64,000 nucleotides of DNA from Lachnospiraceae bacterium (lineage in GTDB: Bacteria; Bacillota; Clostridia; Lachnospirales; Lachnospiraceae), in the NCBI GenBank assembly GCA_045641365.1, contig JAZUGT010000077.1:26493-90492 (forward strand), in the 5' to 3' direction. The translations under genes and the position numbers were made by a program. Below, one piece after another: positions 49,849-59,208 of this stretch (positions within the stretch are counted from its first letter, which is position 1; the number at the start of each line of letters is the position of its first letter). The notes beneath the pieces were generated by a model, which saw only the letters and a list, made by a program, of their open reading frames with translations, was not told the DNA's origin and ran no database searches.

Positions 49849-51900
49849 ATGACGCCAGAAGTTAAGGTATTCTTTGATAACTTCATATCTACTAATGACG
49901 ATACACCGATAGTCATCTATGGTCTTGGCCAGCAGACAAAAGACATTCTATCACAATGCCCGGATAACAGAATTATTGGTGTGCTGGATGGATATACTGA
50001 AGAAGGAGAATTCTGTGGAAAGACGATTCTGTCGCTAAATAGCATAGCCAATACAGGGACCAAGGTTGTTATTATTGCAAGAGCAGCATCAGAGAAGATA
50101 ATCTATAGACGGATAAAGGACTTCTGTGCGAATAATGGTATTTCGGTCTACAATATAAAAGGTGAGAATCTGGCTGAGCGCAATGGGTTAGCTGCAAAAG
50201 AGTCAATTGATTGTGAAAAGAGTTCGACAGAGTTGCTTGAGAAATGTAAAGGTTATGATGCAATAAGCTTCGATATTTTTGACACCCTTGTCACAAGGCG
50301 AATATCTAATCGAGAAACCATATATGAGATAGTGGGTAAAATGTGCGAGTCATCTATCGAATTTGCAAAAGCAAGAATAGCAACAGAACTTAGGTTGTCA
50401 ACATTGACGTGTCCGACCATAGATGCGATCTATGCGGATATCGAGGAAAGATATCATATTTCTTCGGAAGAGTCAGACAGGCTAAAGAAGGCCGAATTAT
50501 GCTTTGAGAAATGGAATATTATTCCTAGAAAAGATATGGTAGGGATATATAATGCACTTCTCGCAGAGGGGAAAATAATAAGTATAGTTTCAGATATGTA
50601 CTTCTCGAAAGGATATCTAACAGGAATACTTGATGCATGTGGAATTCAAGAATATCAGGAACTATTAGTTTCATGCGAATATGGTACTTCCAAGACACGC
50701 GGATTGTTTGGTGAGTACAAGAGATTAGTATACGGCAACAGATATCTGCATATTGGGGATTCTGTTGAAGTAGACGACGCATGTGCGGCTGTGTATGGAA
50801 TCGATTCATATATTATTAAGTCCGCATCGGACATGGCAGAATTAACTAATCTGGGTAATGCAATAGCTGATGCTGATAGCAGTGGTATATTATCGGGAAT
50901 GGTTGCATCAAGACTGTACAATTCTCCATTTGCCAAGCTCGATAGAATAGCAGATGTTAAGAGCAATCCCTATGAGACAGGATATGCATTGTTAGGTCCT
51001 GTTGTTGTAGGATTTGTGCAATGGATGATTAACAAGGCTAAAGAATCTAATCTTGGAAAAATCTGCTTTATCTCAAGAGATGGCTTTTTGCCGATTAAGA
51101 TATATGAACAATTTGCAGAGAATGATAGAACATTGCCAGAGTCTGTATACTTGAAGGTTTCAAGAAGACTTGGTGTAATCGCTTCCATTTTTGATGAATC
51201 GGATATAGAGTGGGCGTATGGATTGCCATTTTCTGGAAGTATTGAGGAGAGACTGATAAGGCAGTTTCAGATTCCAAAGAGTGAAATATCGTCCAGGCTT
51301 GATGAAGAGGATGAAATTACATATTTGTTGAGGCATTCTAGGCAGATACTAAAGATTGCTTCAACAATACGAGAGAATTACGAAGTTTACCTGAAAGGAC
51401 TTGATATTGTCGATGGTGAAACAGGATTAGTTGACTTTGTTTCAACTGGAACCTGTCAATTGACATTGGAGAGAATTCTTGGGAAGTCTTTCGTAGGTCT
51501 CTACTTTGATAAGATAGATAGTTTTGATTGTCGCAAAAACCAGATAAGAATTGAATCTTTTGTCAGCGAAATTATGCAGAATCTTAAGATGGAAGATTAC
51601 TTCCTCGTGGAGAACTGGATAAAAGATTCTGCTCCATCCATTGTAAGCATCTCTACGAATGGTGATTTTGTTATGGGTGAGCGAAGAATGGATGAGGCGC
51701 AGGAAGCATTAATTCATGAGATTCAGAAAGGCGCAGTCGATTTTTGCAAAGACATACTTAAGATTACCGACTATGGGATGGACGTGGATATCAGAAGTCA
51801 GTCATTAGTTATTGTGCCATATATTAGTGAGGAGAGCACTAATATACCTGACAATGAATGGGTGATATATGATGAGTTTACCGGTCGAAAGGTTATGTGA
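49849..51900 (+). CDS. HAD-superfamily hydrolase with N-terminal GxG module
   Basis: IVIYGLG; ISFDIFDTL, VSDMY, HIGD..VD, SRDG. Confidence 0.8.
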   Translation: MTPEVKVFFDNFISTNDDTPIVIYGLGQQTKDILSQCPDNRIIGVLDGYTEEGEFCGKTILSLNSIANTGTKVVIIARAASEKIIYRRIKDFCANNGISVYNIKGENLAERNGLAAKESIDCEKSSTELLEKCKGYDAISFDIFDTLVTRRISNRETIYEIVGKMCESSIEFAKARIATELRLSTLTCPTIDAIYADIEERYHISSEESDRLKKAELCFEKWNIIPRKDMVGIYNALLAEGKIISIVSDMYFSKGYLTGILDACGIQEYQELLVSCEYGTSKTRGLFGEYKRLVYGNRYLHIGDSVEVDDACAAVYGIDSYIIKSASDMAELTNLGNAIADADSSGILSGMVASRLYNSPFAKLDRIADVKSNPYETGYALLGPVVVGFVQWMINKAKESNLGKICFISRDGFLPIKIYEQFAENDRTLPESVYLKVSRRLGVIASIFDESDIEWAYGLPFSGSIEERLIRQFQIPKSEISSRLDEEDEITYLLRHSRQILKIASTIRENYEVYLKGLDIVDGETGLVDFVSTGTCQLTLERILGKSFVGLYFDKIDSFDCRKNQIRIESFVSEIMQNLKMEDYFLVENWIKDSAPSIVSISTNGDFVMGERRMDEAQEALIHEIQKGAVDFCKDILKITDYGMDVDIRSQSLVIVPYISEESTNIPDNEWVIYDEFTGRKVM

Positions 51901-51921
51901 CGAAGTAAAGCAGGTGGAATA

Positions 51922-52899
51922 ATGAAGGGACGAATTCTGATTACAGGCATTACCGGTATGATAGGCGGTATGCTTGCAAGAAGTATTATTGAAAGTGAAG
52001 AATATAAGTCAGGTAAAGCCAAGGTCATCGGTGTGTCCCGAGATGTTACACATGCAAATGAAGTTCTGTCACCTACCTTGAGGAGAGCGATTACATTAGT
52101 TGAGGGTGATATTACAGACGTAGAGTTGTTTGAGAGTATAGGAAGTGTTGATACTATTGTTCACTGTGCTGCTGAAACAACATCTAAGAAGATGGTTGAT
52201 TCACCTGTGGAGGTAGCAGATGGAATCATACTGGGGACACGAAATGTTCTTGAATATGCCAGAAAGTCTCATGTAGAAAACATGATATATCTGTCGTCAA
52301 TGGAAGTATATGGTGTGGTAGATGATATAGGCAGGCCTCGTACGGAAGAAGAACTTGGTGACATAGATGAGTCACTTCCGAGAAACTGTTACCCAATAGC
52401 AAAGCGTGTTGCTGAAAGTTATTGCCGTTGGTATTATAGCGAATACAACCTGCCAGTTAAGATTGCCAGGCTGGCGCAGACATTTGGTAAGGGCGTTCGC
52501 CAAAGCGACCAGCGGGTATATATGCAGTTTGCCAGGTCAGTAGTGAAAGGTGAAGATATTGTCCTTAAGACAGAAGGAAACTCAATCGGAAACTATTGCG
52601 ATATAGAAGATGTTGTCAATGCAATTGAATTCATTATGGAGTATGGTGAGTCGGGCGAAGTATACAATGTGGTTAATGAGAAGAACACGATGTGTATACG
52701 TGATATGGCAAAACTGGTGGCTCATAATATTGCATCAGGGGCGATAGAAGTACGAATAGAAAAGGAAGAACAAGAAGTAACAGGATATGCATCAGATACA
52801 GGGTTACGGATGTCAGCGTCTAAGCTCGAAGCGCTTGGATGGAAGCCGGTTGGTAACCTTGAGAAGATGTATGAAGATGTTATCAATGAACTAAGATAG
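51922..52899 (+). CDS. NAD-dependent epimerase/reductase (extended SDR)
   Basis: ITGITGMIG, HCAA, YLSSMEVYG, YPIAK, RLAQTFG. Confidence 0.9.
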   Translation: MKGRILITGITGMIGGMLARSIIESEEYKSGKAKVIGVSRDVTHANEVLSPTLRRAITLVEGDITDVELFESIGSVDTIVHCAAETTSKKMVDSPVEVADGIILGTRNVLEYARKSHVENMIYLSSMEVYGVVDDIGRPRTEEELGDIDESLPRNCYPIAKRVAESYCRWYYSEYNLPVKIARLAQTFGKGVRQSDQRVYMQFARSVVKGEDIVLKTEGNSIGNYCDIEDVVNAIEFIMEYGESGEVYNVVNEKNTMCIRDMAKLVAHNIASGAIEVRIEKEEQEVTGYASDTGLRMSASKLEALGWKPVGNLEKMYEDVINELR

Positions 52900-52940
52900 A
52901 AAATGCTCTCTTTGCGATACACGTAAAGGGAGCATTTTTG
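52900..52940 (+). terminator. Terminator closing the glycan operon
   Basis: AAAATGCTCTCTTTGCG-N5-CGTAAAGGGAGCATTTTT. Confidence 0.75.
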
Positions 52941-53013
52941 TTATATAATGGAAAAAAGTCCGAAATTGATGTACTATATATAAGGGGAACTAACGTTAAT
53001 CAGAGGAATCAGG

Positions 53014-55671
53014 GTGACTAGCTTGAGACATACACCAGGCAGAAGAAGTACCAACAGAATATTCTCTATTATTACCAATGTGATGGTGGCCTATATATTC
53101 TGTATACTGCCACTTGTGATGTGGAATGGTTATTATGATATAGCAGATGCCAAGCGTTATACTACGTTCGGTATGATAGCAGTTGCATTGATTGCGATGA
53201 TCGTTGTTACCATGATCAATCCAGCGCGTGCGCTATGGCGTCTAAGGACTGGGACAAGACTGTGCGCTATAGACATTGCCATGCTGTTATGGACCATAGT
53301 ATTATCTATCTCGACGTACATGTCCGATGAGACAACAAGGGCGGTATTGGGTGAGATTGGACTCAGTATGGGCTGGGTGTTCTATATGATTATGGCAGTT
53401 ATGTATATCCTGCTAAGGATGTTGCATGGGCGCCTCAATGTTCGACTTCAGACCACTATGCTTTTAGTATCCGTCGGTATACTTTCATTCATCGGAGTAT
53501 GCGACAGGTATAGCATATATATACTTCCGGTTCCCTACAGGAGTTCGGAATTCATATCGACTATTGGCAATATCAACTGGATATGCAGCGTACTTACTAT
53601 ACTGTTTCCGCTTGTTGCATGGGCGTATATTGCGACAGAAGGACGACTTCGAATACTATCAACAGTCGGCAATATACTGCTTATGATGCTTTGCGCAGTC
53701 ATTGGTGCTGACTCAGTTGTAATTGTTGTGGGTATGTCGCTGGTGGGAATGCTTTACTATACACTTGATAATAGAAAGTATCTTGGCAGGTTAATTACCT
53801 TCACGGGACTGTTACTTACTGTTGACTGGATTATGACTCGCATCAGCAGGATTAACGAGTTCACAGTCCTTACGTATGGAACTGACTATCTGACTTATAA
53901 GCTGGGAAGTATAATATGGACACTGATTACAGGTCTGATTATGCTTATTGCGGGAATTCTTATTACCTGGATTGAATCACATAGAAGTGACAGAAGTACG
54001 TCTGATGAGCAGGCTAAGATACATAGAACGCGTATAGCAAGAATAGTGATAATAGTGTCATTTATTATGGCAGGTGTACTCTATGTTACAGTTTCGATTA
54101 TTAACACACTAAGTCCACTGCCTGTTATCGGAGAGATAAGCTATTTCACTTTTACCGACAGATGGGGTAATGGAAGAGGTGCATCAATCTACTCGGCGGT
54201 TCTCATGCTTAAGGAGGTTGATCTTAAGAATCTTCTTATTGGCGCAGGGCCGGAGTGCTATGCAGTCAGAATAGGTCAGGTTGGCAATGCGGCTGGATAT
54301 GTTGTGGAGCATTTTGATGCATTACTTGCAAGTGCGCACTGCATTCCTATGACGCTGCTAATCAATACAGGAATACTGGGGCTTGTTAGTTACTATGCGG
54401 TGTTTATTACATGTATATGGAAGAATCGCAGATATGCACCCTGTGTTATCCCGCTTGTGACATATATGATTCACGGGCTCATATCATTCGATAACACGAT
54501 GAGTTATCCGATACTTGTTACACTTATTGCGATATACTGTGATATGGTGTGCGCTGAGGAGAGCAGGATGAACAGTGTTATGTTTCATATTAACAGCCTT
54601 GGAAGAGGCGGTGCGGAGAGAGTTGTGACTGTACTTGCAGACAAGTTTGTCTCAGATGGTGTGGATGTCACAATCGTTACGCTATGGAAGGCTGATGATG
54701 AGTATGAGATTAATCCTAAGATTAAGAGGATTAACATAGCTGATATTTCATATGTAAAGCATAGCCGAGGCAAGTTTCTTGCGGTAAGCAGGTTATTTGC
54801 ACTCAGAAGCATAATCAGTAAGAGCAGACCAGATGTGGTCATCTCATTCTGCAATAAGGCCAACTTCAGGGCCAGTCTTGCAATGTGGCTCATTGATATA
54901 CCACTTGTTACATCCGTGAGAAATGATCCTGAGAAGGATTATGCTCCATATATGAGTTCTGTAAGGCGTATGGAGAAGAAGGCGTCGGGTTGTGTATTCC
55001 AGACTGCAGATGCTCAGAACTTCTTTGATAAGAAATGGGCTGACAGAGGATGTATAATACTTAATCCGCTTGATGACAGATATCTTCAGGCTGATACCTG
55101 GAGAGGTAATAGTACAGGCTATATAATGGCAGCGGGACGTATATCAAAGCAGAAGAATCATACGCTGCTTATTAATGCCTTTGCGCAGATTATGGATAAG
55201 CACCCGGATATAGAACTGCGTATCTATGGTGAGGAATCAGATGCAGGCTCACTTGAGAATGTCAGGGCATGTATAGAGGAGACGAAGACTACTAAGAGAG
55301 TTCGCCTCATGGGATGTACAGATGAGATGCCGGAAGTTCTGGCAGATGCGGCAGCTTTTGTACTTCCATCTGACTATGAAGGCATGCCTAATGCACTACT
55401 TGAGGCTATGGCTGTCGGTGTGCCATGTATATCTACTGACTGTCCGTGTGGTGGACCAGCCACAGTAATCAGAGATGGTGAGTCAGGAATTCTTGTTCCG
55501 GTAGGAGATGTCGACAGACTTGCAGAAGAATTAGATAAGATATTGACAGATGTGTCACTTCGCCAGCGCGTTTCGGCAGAGGCACTTAAGATAAGAGAAG
55601 AAGCTGACAGTCACACAATATATAAGCTCTGGAGAGACTATATTGAAGGAATTATTAAGCAGGGTGAATAG
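53014..55671 (+). CDS. O-antigen ligase (WaaL/Wzy_C)-like membrane domain fused to a GT4 glycosyltransferase
   Basis: Many TM helices with STIGNIN, WGNGRG, LIGAGP, SAH; then SLGRGGAERV, AGRISKQKN, SDYEGMPNALLEAM. Confidence 0.8.
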   Translation: MTSLRHTPGRRSTNRIFSIITNVMVAYIFCILPLVMWNGYYDIADAKRYTTFGMIAVALIAMIVVTMINPARALWRLRTGTRLCAIDIAMLLWTIVLSISTYMSDETTRAVLGEIGLSMGWVFYMIMAVMYILLRMLHGRLNVRLQTTMLLVSVGILSFIGVCDRYSIYILPVPYRSSEFISTIGNINWICSVLTILFPLVAWAYIATEGRLRILSTVGNILLMMLCAVIGADSVVIVVGMSLVGMLYYTLDNRKYLGRLITFTGLLLTVDWIMTRISRINEFTVLTYGTDYLTYKLGSIIWTLITGLIMLIAGILITWIESHRSDRSTSDEQAKIHRTRIARIVIIVSFIMAGVLYVTVSIINTLSPLPVIGEISYFTFTDRWGNGRGASIYSAVLMLKEVDLKNLLIGAGPECYAVRIGQVGNAAGYVVEHFDALLASAHCIPMTLLINTGILGLVSYYAVFITCIWKNRRYAPCVIPLVTYMIHGLISFDNTMSYPILVTLIAIYCDMVCAEESRMNSVMFHINSLGRGGAERVVTVLADKFVSDGVDVTIVTLWKADDEYEINPKIKRINIADISYVKHSRGKFLAVSRLFALRSIISKSRPDVVISFCNKANFRASLAMWLIDIPLVTSVRNDPEKDYAPYMSSVRRMEKKASGCVFQTADAQNFFDKKWADRGCIILNPLDDRYLQADTWRGNSTGYIMAAGRISKQKNHTLLINAFAQIMDKHPDIELRIYGEESDAGSLENVRACIEETKTTKRVRLMGCTDEMPEVLADAAAFVLPSDYEGMPNALLEAMAVGVPCISTDCPCGGPATVIRDGESGILVPVGDVDRLAEELDKILTDVSLRQRVSAEALKIREEADSHTIYKLWRDYIEGIIKQGE

Positions 55672-56715
55672 ATGAGATACTCGATTATTATTCCAATGTA
55701 CAATATTGCAGATTATATTGAGAACACGCTTAAGTCTATTATCAATTGTGGATTCAGGGATGCGGAGTTACTACTCGTAGATGATGGCTCGTCAGATAAC
55801 ACTTCTGATGTAGCCAGCAAGTATCTTGTCACCAATGGTATTAGCGACTACAGAATAATCAGAAAGGCTAATGGAGGTGTAAGCTCAGCAAGGAATGCTG
55901 GACTTGATGCTGCCAGAGGCGAGTATGTGATATTCTGTGATGGTGATGATGAACTTGGTGATATCTCTGAAGTGTTAGTAAGCATGGGGCTTAAGAAAGA
56001 CTCAGAGAAGTCATTTTTTGCCGAACTGGACGAGCAATCGCAGGATATGATTGTATGGCCGTTCGTGAACAGACAGGACGGAAAGCTTAGCATCTCGACA
56101 GCAGGGATGGAGAGAAAGCCGAAGCATCTGTGCTCAAGGGATGAGTTTCTAAGACATCATCTGTTCTGGGGATACAGGATGAGACTGGGATCCTTCGCGG
56201 TGAGAAGAGAGCTGATTGAGAGAGAGCATATTCGATTTGATGAGAGCTGCACACTTGGAGAGGACGTTGAGTTCTTCATGAAGCTGCTACTTACGTCGAG
56301 TGAAGTCAGGGTTCTTGATAATCCTTATTATATCTATAACAAGCATTCGGGTTCGCTTGCGTATTCATATAATATAAGGAGATTCGAGGCACCACAGGCA
56401 ATGAAGAGAGTAGCGGAGTGGGCTAACGGGCGCACTGACAGGTTGCCTGAGGATATAGAAGAATATATAGCGCATGGGCTGTATGTGCTGCATTCAATGT
56501 ATGCGATAGAGTCATGCAGTGCCCAGATTCAGGGGCGGGGAACCTCGCAGCTGTGGGCAGAATATATAGAGAAGTACAGAGATGTTGAGGATGGTCTGAG
56601 AGCGGCGCTCAAGCTGATGGAGAGGGCACCATATGGGGTATCATCCAGACGTATTCTTGTACTCAGAATTGGAACAAGGGTGTATATGAGATATCTGTCA
56701 TATCTTAGAAGATAG
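55672..56715 (+). CDS. GT2 glycosyltransferase
   Basis: SIIIPMYN, VDDGSSD, NGGVSSARNAG, FCDGDD, GED. Confidence 0.9.
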   Translation: MRYSIIIPMYNIADYIENTLKSIINCGFRDAELLLVDDGSSDNTSDVASKYLVTNGISDYRIIRKANGGVSSARNAGLDAARGEYVIFCDGDDELGDISEVLVSMGLKKDSEKSFFAELDEQSQDMIVWPFVNRQDGKLSISTAGMERKPKHLCSRDEFLRHHLFWGYRMRLGSFAVRRELIEREHIRFDESCTLGEDVEFFMKLLLTSSEVRVLDNPYYIYNKHSGSLAYSYNIRRFEAPQAMKRVAEWANGRTDRLPEDIEEYIAHGLYVLHSMYAIESCSAQIQGRGTSQLWAEYIEKYRDVEDGLRAALKLMERAPYGVSSRRILVLRIGTRVYMRYLSYLRR

Positions 56716-56722
56716 GCAGGGA

Positions 56723-58582
56723 ATGGATTCATATCAGGTAAGCAAAGGAACGGATCATAGTAGGTATAATATGGAAAAATACACATTTAACACAATCTTT
56801 CGTCCCAAAAGACTTCTATATTACAGTTCAGAATTTGAGTGTGGTATGGACAATATAGACACAGAAGAGACACTTCCGGAGGAACTTACGAAGTACAATG
56901 GAGCCTTTGGCACATATGACTTCGCTGGTACATTCGAGATCGTTGAAAGTGATGGAACTACAAGAAGAGTTGCGGGTATAGAATATCGCGATGGTGATGA
57001 CAGAATAGCATATCCAGAGGATCTGGAATGCATGGCACTTCCTGCAATGTATATGATGTCTGTTGATCTTAATGAATTCTTCGAAGGTCAGAAGGCATCA
57101 GTTGATGGGCTTCTGAAAGAATTTGATTACATCAGTAATCATATGAGAAACATTGATTATGTGATTCATTCGGATATACCTCACAAGCCTATAGCGCAGG
57201 TGTTCTGGCACGAGGGTAAGACAAGAATGCTTATGCCAATAAGGCTTTCTGAGGGCCTTGTTGAGAGGAATATCGAAGAGATTGACAGTTTTACCAAGGA
57301 AGAACTGTACTCCATAGCATATCGCGAGCCTGTTACAGGATACTATAACTGGAATCATCTTAATTCTATGTTCTTAGACTTTGACGGCTATGGAATTCAG
57401 GATTTCTGTTTTGTACACTTTGATGTCAAGGACTTTAAGCTTCTTAATGAAGCATACAGTCATTACATTGCCAATGGCGTGCTTCGTAAGATTGCAGAGA
57501 CGATGCAGAAGCATGACTGGATATATTCAGGTGCAAGATGTGATAATGACAACTTTGCGATGATAATCAGGGATATGCCAAAGGACGAGATAGTTGAGAA
57601 GCTTACAGAGTTCTTCGATGAAGTGTCTGTGCTTGACGAAGATCCGAACTATAAGATCTATTACAGATGTGGCGTCACTCAGATGAGGAATGCCCTTAAT
57701 CATGGCAATATTGTGGCAGACTGCTCTAAGATGGCGCAGTCCATGTGCAATGACCATAATAAGACCGAGATAAAGTTCTATACTGACGAGATGTATGAAG
57801 AACTCAGATGGGCCAAGTTCATCAAGAAGTACCTTGTCACAGCGGTAGAGAATGATGAGTTCCTCATTAATCTGCAGCCACAGTATGATCTGGATACAGG
57901 CAGACTGTGCGGAGCTGAAGCACTGATAAGATGGCATTATAAGCATGAGCGAATGCTTCCACCATATAGGTTTATTCCATACTTTGAGAAGGACGGCTCG
58001 ATAGGACAGGTCGATGATATAGTTCTTGCCAAGGTATGTCAGCATATCAGAGGATGGCTTGACGAAGGTATATCGGTGCCTCCAATATCAGTCAATCTCT
58101 CCAGAAGGAGACTTGGCCAGCCTGATCTTGTTGATCATCTTGAGAGCATTGTTGATTCATACAACGTGCCACATAAGTATATAGATTTCGAACTTACAGA
58201 GTCAGCAGCATATGACGATCTTGACAATATGCTGACTATCATGCAGATGCTTAAGGAGCGTGGATTTATCATTGCGTTAGATGACTTTGGAACAGGCTTC
58301 TCATCTCTCAGTCTTTTAACCAGAATGCCAATAGATATTCTGAAGATTGACAAGAGCTTCGTGGATGAGATTGCTGTGTCAGATGAAGAGACCAAGGAGA
58401 CGAGACTTGTCGGCCATATCATTACCATGGCAAAAGACATGGACCTTACATGTCTGGCAGAGGGCGCTGAGACGTTAGAACAGGTCGACCGCCTTAAGAG
58501 TATGGGTTGTGAGAGAATTCAGGGCTATTACTTCGGTAAGCCAATGCCCGTTGATGAATTCGAGGAGCTTATGAAGAAGTAG
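56723..58582 (+). CDS. c-di-GMP phosphodiesterase (degenerate GGDEF plus EAL); start could be 56771
   Basis: GGDEF site reads DNDNF; EAL domain has QP, EALIRW, ELTES, DDFGTGFSSL, KIDKSF, EGAET, QGY. Confidence 0.88.
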   Translation: MDSYQVSKGTDHSRYNMEKYTFNTIFRPKRLLYYSSEFECGMDNIDTEETLPEELTKYNGAFGTYDFAGTFEIVESDGTTRRVAGIEYRDGDDRIAYPEDLECMALPAMYMMSVDLNEFFEGQKASVDGLLKEFDYISNHMRNIDYVIHSDIPHKPIAQVFWHEGKTRMLMPIRLSEGLVERNIEEIDSFTKEELYSIAYREPVTGYYNWNHLNSMFLDFDGYGIQDFCFVHFDVKDFKLLNEAYSHYIANGVLRKIAETMQKHDWIYSGARCDNDNFAMIIRDMPKDEIVEKLTEFFDEVSVLDEDPNYKIYYRCGVTQMRNALNHGNIVADCSKMAQSMCNDHNKTEIKFYTDEMYEELRWAKFIKKYLVTAVENDEFLINLQPQYDLDTGRLCGAEALIRWHYKHERMLPPYRFIPYFEKDGSIGQVDDIVLAKVCQHIRGWLDEGISVPPISVNLSRRRLGQPDLVDHLESIVDSYNVPHKYIDFELTESAAYDDLDNMLTIMQMLKERGFIIALDDFGTGFSSLSLLTRMPIDILKIDKSFVDEIAVSDEETKETRLVGHIITMAKDMDLTCLAEGAETLEQVDRLKSMGCERIQGYYFGKPMPVDEFEELMKK

Positions 58583-58592
58583 GAGGACAACA

Positions 58593-59153
58593 ATGGCTAA
58601 GCAGACTTGGAAGGCAGGCAATATGCTGTATCCGTTACCAGTAGTGCTTATTACGGTAGCAGATAAGGCAGGCAATAAGAATATATTTACAGTCGCATGG
58701 GCAGGAACAATCTGCTCTGACCCGGCAATGGTCTCTATATCAGTAAGACCTGAGAGATACTCGTATCCGATGATTACTGAGACGGGAGAGTTCGTAATCA
58801 ATCTTACGACGAAGGATCTGACATATGCGACAGATTACTGTGGTGTGCGAAGCGGAAGGGATGAAGACAAGTTCGAGAAGCTTGGACTTCATACTGAGGA
58901 AGCGACATATGTGAAGGCACCACTTTTAGCAGAAAGTCCTATGAACATTGAATGCAGAGTAACTGAGGTTAAGAAGCTTGGTACGCACGATATGTTCATC
59001 GCAGAAGTACTTGCAGTTCACGCAGACGAGAAGTATATGGATGCCAAAGGTAAGTTCTCGCTTGAGGCGGCAGATCCTATAGCATATTCTCATGGAACAT
59101 ACTTCACACTTGGAGAAGAACTTGGAAGCTTTGGCTACAGCGTTCGCAAGTAG
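58593..59153 (+). CDS. Flavin reductase-like (flavoredoxin) protein
   Basis: YPLPVVL, VAWAG, GEFVIN, G..SGR..DK, IECRV, GTHDMFIAEV. Confidence 0.88.
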   Translation: MAKQTWKAGNMLYPLPVVLITVADKAGNKNIFTVAWAGTICSDPAMVSISVRPERYSYPMITETGEFVINLTTKDLTYATDYCGVRSGRDEDKFEKLGLHTEEATYVKAPLLAESPMNIECRVTEVKKLGTHDMFIAEVLAVHADEKYMDAKGKFSLEAADPIAYSHGTYFTLGEELGSFGYSVRK

Positions 59154-59208
59154 AGCTTGCCATATCGCTTAGCCTATTAATATACAGACTGGAAAGCAAG
59201 GTAGAAGA

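Noticed and set aside
27619-52899. Phase-variable homopolymer tracts, pseudogenes or mobile-element boundaries in the island
   Set aside because: I saw no long G/C tracts, frameshifts, integrase, transposase, tRNA or flanking direct repeats; all ORFs look intact.
56723-58582. Active diguanylate cyclase
   Set aside because: The GG(D/E)EF site reads DNDNF; only the EAL domain keeps its catalytic motifs.
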